From the NCBI GenBank assembly GCA_000004985.1, contig GG738875.1: DNA of 64,000 nt. One strand, 5' to 3'. Below the pieces are notes generated by a model, which did no database searches, had not been told where the DNA came from, and was given only the letters and a program-made list of their open reading frames with translations. The position numbers were made by a program, and so were the translations under genes. This stretch comes from Naegleria gruberi. Its lineage: Eukaryota. Shown here in pieces: positions 11,901-21,000 of this stretch. How positions within the stretch are numbered: the stretch's first letter is position 1; each line of letters opens with the position of its first letter.

Positions 11901-13865
11901 AAATGTATTTCCAGTAATACATGCAAGTGTGAAAGTGGATGGAATGGAAATAACCAATGTGGAGCTTTTTCATGTGACATTCCTTCTCAACATGGAATTT
12001 GTATTGGTCCAAACACTTTCAAATGTCAAGATGGATGGACAGGACTCGAATGTGAAATTCCAATTTGTTTTGGAAAATTAGGAAATGATCCTAGAGTGTG
12101 TAACTCACAGGGAAGATGTATTTCTAATAATACATGTCAATGCAATAGTGGATGGAAAGGAAATTCTGAATGTTCTCAATTCTCATGTGATGGAATGGCT
12201 GAATGTTCTCAAAATGGTAAATGTATTTCTAATAATACATGCCAATGCAGATCAGGATGGTCTGGACCAAAATGTGATATTGTTGCATGTGATGGAGTTC
12301 AAAACTGTCATGCTAATGGTTTGTGTATTTCAAACAATACTTGCAAATGTAATAGTGGATGGGAAGGTCAATCATGTTTGGAGTATAATTGCAATGGTAC
12401 CAACAATTGTCAACCGAACGGTCTATGCATTTCGAATAATACTTGTAAATGTAATGATGAATTTGGTGGAAATGATTGTTCAATACCTTACTGTTTTGGA
12501 AAATTGGGTAATAGTGGATGTGAAGATAATGGAATTTGCTCATTTTTCAACAAGTGCTCATGTTTTCCTCTTTACTTTGGAGATCAATGTTCATGGTTAG
12601 ATTGTGATCCAACTTCAAAAGATACATCCCAAAATTCAACTAAAAGATGCTCCTCAAATGGTTATTGTGTTATGACCAGAAATAATTTGAATCAAAATTC
12701 TACCATTTGTGAATGTAATAAGGGATATAATGGTCAATTTTGCCAAAATAGTGATTCTACGAATGGATCGGGAACAATAGCTGCTATAGTTGTTACAATA
12801 CTTGTTATAATTTTGGTATTTATATTAATGATAAGTGTTGGTACTTTTATCTATGTTAAAAAGTTCAGAAACAAATATCAAGATCCAGAGAAAATGAAAA
12901 TGTTAAACAATACTACACCATCAACTTATTCAGAATCAAGTTGGTCAAATTCTCTCTCCATTCAGAATGACACTAGTTTAATAAGTAATACTCACAGTAG
13001 TATTTCATCAAAGACACATTTCAAAATTAGGGATAAAGAATACATAATGGAAAGAAAATTAGGAAGTGGTGCTAATGGTTCTGTATTTGTATTTAAGGAA
13101 ATTAATACCAATCAGCATTTTGCCGTAAAGCAAATAGAAGTAACAAATCCATTTGGTACGGAATTTAAAGAAGTCGTGAATATGTTTGAATTGACTGAGG
13201 ATTCTAATGCTCATATTGTACCAATTATTGGCTGTACAATGGTCGAGAATGGAGGATTCATTTGTATTCTCATGCCACTCTACAAGTGTGATTTGAGAGA
13301 TTGGATATATACAAATCAAAAATCAATCACAATTGATCTAATTATTGAAATTGTAAAACAAATTGCTTTAGGATTACAATATCTCCATTCCAAGAATATG
13401 ATACACAGAGATTTGAAACAAACAAACATATTCATTGCCAAAGCCAATGAAAAAGATGTATCAAAATGTGATGACTTTTTATTGTGCATTGGAGATTGGG
13501 GATCTTCCAGATCTAATTCACGATCTGGTCTGACTGTCTATGAAGGAACAATTCAATTCAGTTCTCCAGAAGCAATCATTAAGGGAGAAGTTGAACAAGC
13601 AAGTGATATTTGGAGTTTGGGATGTGTTTTCTATCAATTATTATCTGGAGATTATGAATCAATTTTGTTTAGGATTAAACAAGGCAATGATCTGGCAGAT
13701 AATGAAGTACTCTTACCAAAAATTCTTAATTTTGGTAAAAAGATGAATTACAGAGATGGAAAGGTTCAATTTTGTTTTGAATTATTGTGTGAAATGATTA
13801 GATATGATGCCAAGATGAGATTAACTGCCCATCAAATTTTAGCCAAGATTGAAAACTTTAAATAA
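8994..13865 (+). CDS. Receptor-like transmembrane kinase: signal peptide, NHL-type beta-propeller repeats, tandem tenascin-type EGF repeats, TM helix, cytoplasmic protein kinase domain.
   Basis: Hydrophobic N-terminus. Repeated YIADTGNNVIR/YIADTGNNAIRKI/YFANTGTSQIMKL NHL-like motifs. About 5 units of ~73 aa with the CxCxxGWxGxxC EGF pattern. TM stretch IAAIVVTILVIILVFILMISVGTFIYV. Kinase motifs GSGANGSV, AVKQ, HRDLKQTN, DWG (variant DFG), SSPE (variant APE). Confidence 0.7.
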   Translation: MPPLLSFHSSSIIIILILFINSIFFIHSSLASSKTTIIKTTANNYNIKIVAGSYGNTIDSYHFPIISESPIYVQSSSSSSSVVVMEKEEDDGDEIIYLSDTQFCVVRKIQKSLSVVVAGNGICAVPGETSGLAVEFSLTSPGGVYLDESTNILYILDNGLSNSGGFVRTVDMSSGMLNTLQLTYEPAVLMLKSPTMITKNGGIFYIADTGNNVIRSLTFTGQNTAHCKVIIGAVNPDVSMSCVNVDPLSCQLSSPTSITFSSDGMIITDQQNSRFLALQNGIVYPYSLVIPTPLQIMSLGNAEYIVSNGEILYSLTQTTKNGADSTILLKDKSWPIGYFGIDSAQTNLYFMSQLPNLAVSQIVKFNIQSLGQPTVIGGAYPYTLSPNVPASSYYFNGLTQLEYVSDSEIYFASYNTDIIKFDMTAGLATRIAGNMNQPSALSKISKGLLVADTVNRLIKLIDGGGSVSTVAGTNSNGIGCPEGVQATSCELNLPSGVVGTPSILSNQYMFVIADSNANTLRMVANDFTVTTLANSVSNVRYPTGLYYTANGDLYFANTGTSQIMKLAHDNTIAVIAGTGEKGNKGDGGLAVNAALNYPTQVTVTSNGILYIADTGNNAIRKIDSNGIISTVTHNAIQGINGVATTSEGELLYADSYTVRMIQSVACINPQGQVCSNHGKCVDGQCLCESGWRGDSVCGTFSCDIPKPPNAHNCIGPNQYSCMNGWFGDLCNLPICFGIQYNNSAVCSSHGKCVSNNTCNCESGWNGNTKCGTFSCDIPKPPNAFECIGPNQYSCMTGWFGNSCELPICFGIQFNNSAVCSSHGQCVSNNTCICESGWRGDSVCGTFSCDIPKPPNGQQCIGPNQYSCMNGWFGDLCNLPMCFGIQYNSSSVCSSHGKCISNNTCNCESGWNGNKQCGAFSCDIPKPPNAFECIGPNQYSCMDGWFGDLCTFPICFGIQFNNSAVCSSHGKCISSNTCKCESGWNGNNQCGAFSCDIPSQHGICIGPNTFKCQDGWTGLECEIPICFGKLGNDPRVCNSQGRCISNNTCQCNSGWKGNSECSQFSCDGMAECSQNGKCISNNTCQCRSGWSGPKCDIVACDGVQNCHANGLCISNNTCKCNSGWEGQSCLEYNCNGTNNCQPNGLCISNNTCKCNDEFGGNDCSIPYCFGKLGNSGCEDNGICSFFNKCSCFPLYFGDQCSWLDCDPTSKDTSQNSTKRCSSNGYCVMTRNNLNQNSTICECNKGYNGQFCQNSDSTNGSGTIAAIVVTILVIILVFILMISVGTFIYVKKFRNKYQDPEKMKMLNNTTPSTYSESSWSNSLSIQNDTSLISNTHSSISSKTHFKIRDKEYIMERKLGSGANGSVFVFKEINTNQHFAVKQIEVTNPFGTEFKEVVNMFELTEDSNAHIVPIIGCTMVENGGFICILMPLYKCDLRDWIYTNQKSITIDLIIEIVKQIALGLQYLHSKNMIHRDLKQTNIFIAKANEKDVSKCDDFLLCIGDWGSSRSNSRSGLTVYEGTIQFSSPEAIIKGEVEQASDIWSLGCVFYQLLSGDYESILFRIKQGNDLADNEVLLPKILNFGKKMNYRDGKVQFCFELLCEMIRYDAKMRLTAHQILAKIENFK
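10990..12060 (+). repeat. Tandem 219-bp coding repeats (EGF-like units) with a two-unit, ~438-bp higher-order periodicity.
   Basis: ccaatttgttttggaattcaat... recurs at about 11191, 11409, 11629, 11847 and 12059. Alternate units share GWRGDSVCGTFSC versus GWNGN.QCG.FSC variants. Confidence 0.8.
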
Positions 13866-14090
13866 CACCCTCAATTACATTATTTGTGTGTTCATGTTTT
13901 AGATTTTATTGGTGTCTATTTCCCTTCATCCACCAACAAAGGATGATCTTTAATAGTAAGAATGTTCAAATCCTGTTCATTATTAGAAATGATAGCTGAA
14001 TATTTTCATGAACTTTTCACATCATGCTACATTGTTTCTTGGAATCAGAAATGATTGAATAAATTTTCCTTTCATTGGACACTAGCTTTT

Positions 14091-15170
14091 TTAATATTGT
14101 TTCTGGAGTCCATATTTGAAATCTTTAGTCTCAGTGGTGGTTCGGTATCGAATAATCATTTCAACGAGTAGTTCAGCAATACCCACACCATCCCTTGCAC
14201 TAGTGTGTACAATTGAGCAATTTAGGATCATGTTCTTTCTGAGAACTCGTTTCACATATAATTCCCTAGTTTTTTCATCGTGTTCTCCATATGTAATATC
14301 ACACTTTGTGAAAACAATGATTATTGGACTATTATTGACCTCTCTAATACGAACAATTCTCTGTAGCAATTTATCCAAAAAATTGTAACTGTGCTCTATT
14401 GATTTTTGATTATCCTTCGAATAATTACTCCAATAAGGTTGTGGTGGTATTGTTAGTAAAATTATATCACTAATCTGTATCATCCGATCCTGTAAGGACA
14501 CATACTCATCCATTGCATATGTATCCACAATTTCCAATTGATATTTAGCATCCGAATATCGAAACTCTTTCAAATAAGTATCCTCAATTTGCATCTCATA
14601 TGGAGAATTGAAAAATTCACCAGACAGTACTCGACATAGACTTGATTTTCCAGAACCATACTCTCCAATACAAAATATCTTACATTTCAAATCCTCAACA
14701 TTCATTTGAGAATTTTGATTAATATTACCAACACTATTCGATTCATTTTTCTTCATTATTGGAATCAATTGTTCCTCATACTGAATCTGCAACATTCTCA
14801 CTAACATGCAATAGTATCGTTTGGCTTTTTTCTTGATTTTTTCTCTAAGTTTCTTCTCTTCCTGCAGTAGAGAATGGCCAAGAAATTCCCTCTCCATCAA
14901 ACTCAACCAAAATTCATTGAAATAATTAGAAATTTCCAAAGATTCGGATAAAAAGAAGGAACAAGTGGATTGGAGTGAAAGGATGCTCTTTTTTACTTCA
15001 TCAATTTGTAGATTAATGAAATTATTTGATGAAGTGTTGGCAGTTTGATGATGAACAGGTAACAGAAAGGAAAATATTTCACGGAAAATGTCATGTGGTA
15101 AAGATAATAGTGTGAATTTTGACATTTTTTTTAAGTTGTTAATTACAAGTTGGAACTTGGTTTGGAACAA
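14091..15170 (-). CDS. F-box protein with a C-terminal Ras-superfamily small GTPase domain.
   Basis: N-terminal F-box-like FTLLSLPHDIFREIFSFLLP. GTPase motifs G1 GEYGSGKSS, G3 DTYAMDE (no catalytic Gln), G4 TKCD, G5 TSAR. Confidence 0.55.
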   Translation of the reverse strand: MFQTKFQLVINNLKKMSKFTLLSLPHDIFREIFSFLLPVHHQTANTSSNNFINLQIDEVKKSILSLQSTCSFFLSESLEISNYFNEFWLSLMEREFLGHSLLQEEKKLREKIKKKAKRYYCMLVRMLQIQYEEQLIPIMKKNESNSVGNINQNSQMNVEDLKCKIFCIGEYGSGKSSLCRVLSGEFFNSPYEMQIEDTYLKEFRYSDAKYQLEIVDTYAMDEYVSLQDRMIQISDIILLTIPPQPYWSNYSKDNQKSIEHSYNFLDKLLQRIVRIREVNNSPIIIVFTKCDITYGEHDEKTRELYVKRVLRKNMILNCSIVHTSARDGVGIAELLVEMIIRYRTTTETKDFKYGLQKQY

Positions 15171-15529
15171 TGTTCATAAAAACAAACTTATGAAAATTCA
15201 TATTCTATGAATATTTACAGAGATGCCATGCCTCCTATATGTTGTTCTTGTTATTTTGCATTGTAATTCATTTATATTTGATGAAATCGAATAAAATCTT
15301 TAAACTTAAATAACATTCACCAAATAATCCGATGAAGAATTACCTGAAAAATTAGCACTGGCCTCTAAACCTGTTGTGTATAGTGTTGATTTTTTTCTGT
15401 ATTTTCAAAACCGCCAAATAGCAAACCTTAGTATTTTCCTTTTTGAGAGATTCAAGTTCTGATTGAACTTTTCTCAAAAATAATTATTCCTCAATAAAAG
15501 TCTTCCATTTTGCAAAAAAAAAAATCGAG

Positions 15530-15969
15530 ATGAGCAAACTGGAAAAAACGGAAGCCAAAAAGTCAAAAATTAAGATTAAAATAGGAGGCAGTGATGGTAT
15601 AACACACTATACAACTTTTAAGGGAGCTCCCTGCTCTACGTAAGTTTTGATTCCTCCTTAATTCATCACACAATATTTAGGGAGTTAAAAGGATGGGAAA
15701 TGAAAATCACAGTTAAGGAAGATGGTTCCGTCTCGGGATCTAATAAGAATGAAGGCAGTTCCGCTAAAAAGACCTATAGTGGAACGTTTAAGAACGGTTA
15801 TTTGAATGTGGTTTCATCTTTTTCCGATGGAAAACAATTTAATTACACTGGTTTTATTTCGTTGAGTGATTCAAAAGCAAAGTTGGATTTCACGTGTATT
15901 TCTGGAGGCGTTGGATGTAGTGTTGGTGATAAAGGGTATTCTACTGGAAAATTAAAGGTTGATACTTGA
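15530..15969 (+). CDS. Small hypothetical protein, two exons: join(15530..15639, 15681..15969).
   Basis: ATG at 15530. Canonical GTAAGT donor at 15640 and TTTAG acceptor ending at 15680 keep the frame into ORF 15700-15969. Confidence 0.35.
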
Positions 15970-16228
15970 GAATTACTAGTAAAGCCATTAGTTGAAAGTA
16001 ATTGTCTCCTTAATTCCAATATCAAACTCAATGAACTACCACTAAAACTTTTCTGTTAATATTTCCCGCCAAGAAAAAATCCACTTTTATGCAGCAAAAA
16101 AAATGCCAGAAATTCGCTGATAATCCACCTGCTGGTGGAAAACGCGTCTTCGCCTTTAAATATTCTCGCGTTTTGTGATGGAATTTCCAACAACAAAAAA
16201 CAACAATAACAATAATAATAACTAAGAA

Positions 16229-17797
16229 ATGTCAAGCAGCAGACCAACAAGAGAAAGAAGATTACCGATTCATTTGGAAGATTATATCGTTGGTGAATTA
16301 GATTTACGAAAGAATTATGAAAAGGAAGAAAAGAAGAAACAAAAATTATTATTAAAGAAGAAGGCTGAAATTTCAAAGAAGGAACAAGCTGAAAAGAGAA
16401 AGAAAGAAGCAATGGAAGCAACAAAGAAAAAGAAGGAAGCTGTTAAAAAATCTATTAGAAAAAAGCCTACTTCATCATATTATACTTCATCTTCAACAAC
16501 AATTTCTAAAAGATCTTCATCTGCAATTACACCATATACAGATTATACTAATCCAAAATTTAAAGTTTTTACATCAACATCTGAAGCAAGAAACAAATTA
16601 ATTGAAAAAACACCTGGTAATAAGATTTTAAAAGGGTCAGATGATGCTTCTAAATGGTCAATGTCAAAATTAGATACATCAATTAGATACAAATCACTTA
16701 ATATTTCAGATATTTTAAGTGGATGTTATTATGTACCAGGTAATAATCACAAATTAGATACAACTGGTAGTGATAGAGTACCTGCAGTTCAAATTTGTTT
16801 TTCATTTGATACAACTGGTTCAATGTCTTCATATTTAAATAATTTGAAATTTAAATTACAAACTATTTGTCAACAATTAATGAATGATGTTAGAGGTTTA
16901 GAAATTGCAATTATTGCACATGGTGATTATGAAGATTCTAAAGATACTGGATCATATTGCTTATACAAATTAGATTTTACAACAGATATCGAACAAATTA
17001 TTTCATTTGTTCAATCAATTAATTCAACAAGTGGTTATGATGGTGATGAATGTTATGAAGCTGTTTTATTAGAAGCTCAATCTTTATCTTGGGTTAATGT
17101 TGAAAATACATTTACAAATAGATCACTTGTTGTAATTGGTGATGCTGATCCTCACAAATCAACTGAATGGTTTAATATTGATTGGAAACAAGAAACAAGT
17201 AATTTATTTGATAATCATCATGTTAAAATTCATAGTGTTAGATGCGGTTCATCTTCATGGTCAACAAAAGATTTTTACAAAACAATTTCAGAAGAAACAG
17301 GTGGATCTGAATATTTATTAGATACATTTGAAAAAACAATTGAAATGTTTTGTGGATTAATTTATAGAGAAGCTGCTGATAATATTATGATGAATGATAC
17401 AACAATGCAAGCACATATTGATGGTGCAGTTTCAGGTGAAGTTACAATTGTTAAACCAACAATGTCTTCAAGTGATAAGATGATTGATGATGGTGAAAAG
17501 AGTGATGATATTACATCATTAGGTTCATATATTGTTACAGATGATGATATTTTAAAGATTCACACTGCAATTCATAGTACTTGTACAGAAGTTAAAATTA
17601 ATGGTATTGAATTTGCAATTCAAATGAATGAAAGTTCATGTAGATTTGTAAGAGTTGATGGAGTTGTCTATATTGAACAAAATAAGGAAAAGAAGACTAA
17701 GTATGCCAAGATGGCTCTCGAAGGAAAGAAATTAACTTGGATTTGTCATGCTGGTAATTGGGGTCTTATCATTGATGATAAAATTGAAAAGAGATAG
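16229..17797 (+). CDS. Protein with N-terminal K/E-rich coiled-coil-like region and a von Willebrand factor A-like (vWA) domain.
   Basis: KKEEKKKQKLLLKKKAEISKKEQAEKRKKE low-complexity region. vWA/MIDAS-like core VQICFSFDTTGSMSSYL...IAIIAHGDYED...VVIGDADPH. Confidence 0.45.
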   Translation: MSSSRPTRERRLPIHLEDYIVGELDLRKNYEKEEKKKQKLLLKKKAEISKKEQAEKRKKEAMEATKKKKEAVKKSIRKKPTSSYYTSSSTTISKRSSSAITPYTDYTNPKFKVFTSTSEARNKLIEKTPGNKILKGSDDASKWSMSKLDTSIRYKSLNISDILSGCYYVPGNNHKLDTTGSDRVPAVQICFSFDTTGSMSSYLNNLKFKLQTICQQLMNDVRGLEIAIIAHGDYEDSKDTGSYCLYKLDFTTDIEQIISFVQSINSTSGYDGDECYEAVLLEAQSLSWVNVENTFTNRSLVVIGDADPHKSTEWFNIDWKQETSNLFDNHHVKIHSVRCGSSSWSTKDFYKTISEETGGSEYLLDTFEKTIEMFCGLIYREAADNIMMNDTTMQAHIDGAVSGEVTIVKPTMSSSDKMIDDGEKSDDITSLGSYIVTDDDILKIHTAIHSTCTEVKINGIEFAIQMNESSCRFVRVDGVVYIEQNKEKKTKYAKMALEGKKLTWICHAGNWGLIIDDKIEKR

Positions 17798-18010
17798 GAA
17801 ACCAATCCTTAAAAACCATAGTCGAGTGTAAATAAAACTAATCTAAAATCAAATTATTTATTGAATTGTGGAATTCTAGAAGATTAAGGTCGTACCAACG
17901 AAACTGCCCAACAAGAGAACAGTTTAAATGAAAGGGAGAATGTCTTGAATTCTTTGAGAGCCAATTCCTTGCATGGTTCAACTATCAAACGAAAAATAAA
18001 TAAAAGTGGT

Positions 18011-21000
18011 TTATTGGGCTTTTCTTGGTTCAATAACGAGAGACTTCTTGTGAAGTTCATCATCATTGGTGATAATTCCTTCAAAGATTTGTTCTTTAAG
18101 AACATATTGAAGGTAAGGAATAGGTTCTAAACGATACAAGTTGGAACAACTTTGTAAATCCTTTACAGTTTGAATAGTATTATAGTAAATTCTTCTCTTT
18201 TGATAATTAATGAGTTTCTTGTTTGGATTCTTAGGGTGATTAAATTCATCAGGATTACCATCAGAAGTGAAGGTCAAATCAGTTTGGAAGATACCAATAA
18301 ATGGAACGATTGGAGTATTATTGTTAACAATGGTATTCTTCAAATTTTCTCTCAATTTGATACGATTGTTAGCATGTAAGTCATCAAAGATCTTAAAGAT
18401 GTTGGCATCGTCTTGTGAGAGAACTTTTCTTGTTTCTTTCAATCTATAAACAGGAACAGATTGCAAACCTGAAATAATGGCAAAGAAGGCACTATAGTTA
18501 TTCAATTCATAAGTTTCCTTAGCAATTTCAACAAACTTCTTAAACAATGCCTTTCTAATTTCGGTATTTGACTCTGTCAAGATTGTAGTTTGAACCCAGT
18601 AACTGATATTGTTTACACGGTCAGTCAATGAAGAAATGTGAGGAGCCAATTCATACTTGTACTTGATATCACTCCATGCAGAGTTATAGAATTCGTTTGC
18701 TTCAATCTTCTTAAAGATCTTCAAATCAATAATAGTTTCTTGTCTAGCAATTTCAGTAGCTGGCCAACTCAACAAGTTGAATTGAATATTGTAAGGATTA
18801 GGCATGCCTTCATTAATGTATTTGGACTTTTGAATCTTCCATTGGTTAAGAGAGATTTCTGGTTCTTTCAACTTTTCAATTGGAACACCTTTAGGAATCA
18901 TGACAGTGTTAGATTGGCCATGATGACTGGTTGAACCGGATTCATCCTTCTTGAAACTAAGCAAGTTTTGAACAAGAGTCTTTCTAATCTTCTTCAAAGT
19001 TGGGTGAACCCTCTTTGCACCATCCTCTTGTTGTTTCTTTCTGATTGGTTGGGCAATTTCTTCAAAATAGTGCGCATAAAGAGCAACAGCTTCATTGTCA
19101 AGAGCATGGAAAGCTTCCTTGAGGAGTTCATTCATTGCTTGTTCAATGTAGAGACGAACAGTGTTATTCTTGATAACAGATCTGTAGACTCCCATAAGAC
19201 GATTCATCAGAGAACGTGCTGTGGTGAATGATGAGAAGGTATTGAGGAAGGTAGAATGGAAAACACCTCTCAATTCAGTTTCACCTTCCAATGTTAGCAT
19301 TCCTACGAATTTTTCCACCAACTTCTTCAATGTACCAGATGAAATTGTACTACGCTTAATATCAACATTGACATCTTCTGGTTCATCTTCCAAATCAACT
19401 TCACTCTCAAAGTTAAGAACATAAGAAAATGGTTCCAAGAGCAAAGCCATACATTCCTTTGAGATTTGAATAGACTCACCAATAGCCTTATCACCCATCA
19501 GTTCTTCAGTGTACAAACTACAAGCTCCCAAAAGCCATCTCCACTTTTGTTCAACCTTACGTTTTTGGGCGTAAGGAACTCTGTCCTTCTTTGGAATTGT
19601 TAGGTCATATAAATCTGGACAGACAAGACTGTGGTTAAAGCTAGTAAGGAATGGATGCAAACAATCTTGGAATATGAGAGACACAACCTTGAATTCATCC
19701 TTCATAGTCAATTGGAAAATCATGTTAAATATCAATCTTGAAATTGAACGCAAAAGCAAGGATTTGACTGGAGTCATTGTCTTGGTATTTCTGGTGATTT
19801 CTAGTTTTGAAATGACTTGGACATATTCTTCCTTGTTAGCCAAGAGCTTATCTATTGGATATTTAACATTGATATTTTCAAAGATTTGATTGAGAACATT
19901 CTTCTCAGTGATCTTGCTGAGGATATAATTAACAGACAAAACTGTTTCGATACGAATATTTCTTTGTCCTCCCTTCTTCCTTTCTTTTGGAATGGATGAA
20001 GAATAATCGAGGTGATGTACAGACATGACTACATAGTCTAAGAATGAAATACAATTGATCATCACGTGTAGAGGAGCTTGAGTCCACCATTGGATGAGTC
20101 TTTGTTCTGAGAGGTTTCTCAAAACCCAAAGAAGACAGAAAGAGGTCAAGATGTAAAGTTCATCATTGTGGAACATTGTAAGGTATTCTTCCTTATCCAT
20201 ATATCTGTCAACAAAATACAAGAAAATTTCTGCAATAGCGGCTCTCTTGGATGTATCTTGATATCTTGAATCAAAGTCAATCTTGCAGAATAAATCTAAC
20301 AAGTATTTGCCAACTTTGAGCATGAGCTTTTCATTATTAGTTTCAATGGTGGCAAAGAAAACATCAAATAAGTGTCTAACCATAAAGTTTCCTTCTTGCA
20401 ATTGCAAACTGTTGAGTGGAATGAAATAGTCATAGTCGCACAAAATGGCAACAAACTCTGACTTTAATCTCAAAAGTGCTTCAGTACTAGCATCTCCTGA
20501 AAGACAATCCATATAGTGCTTGACAATATCAATATAGTATTCTCTATCAATGAATGGAATTAAATCTCTAATAAACAATGCCAAGTTTCTGTTACTATTC
20601 AAACCAATATTTTGTCTACCTGAACCACTAGAAGACAATAATTTCTTTGTACGAGAACAGAAGTGATGCATTAATTGTTTGACCTTTCTCACAAAGTATT
20701 CTTGAGAAAGTGGATGTTCATCATTCCACCCATATCCATCGTTAGACTTATTCAAATACCAACTGTCCTTGATGGTGAGACAATCCAAAGAATCAGTCTT
20801 GATACACAATGTCAAACTCTTAATAATAACATCAAAGATAAACCAAGAGAAACGGAACGGATCGTGTTCAGTCAAATTGTTAGTAACAAAGTAGTGTTTG
20901 GTTGGTTCTTGCAAAATCTTTGTCAATTCTTCCAAATAGTCAGTAAAGACACGAGTTAAAACTGAATAAATTGGATAACCTCTATTCATTTCGTCAAAGA

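Noticed and set aside
11161-12600. Plus-strand ORFs 11161-11379, 11389-11598, 11599-12081 and 12085-12600 in alternative frames.
   Set aside because: They lie wholly inside the 8994-13865 CDS and repeat with the same 219-bp periodicity. They are frame shadows of the EGF tandem repeat, not independent genes.
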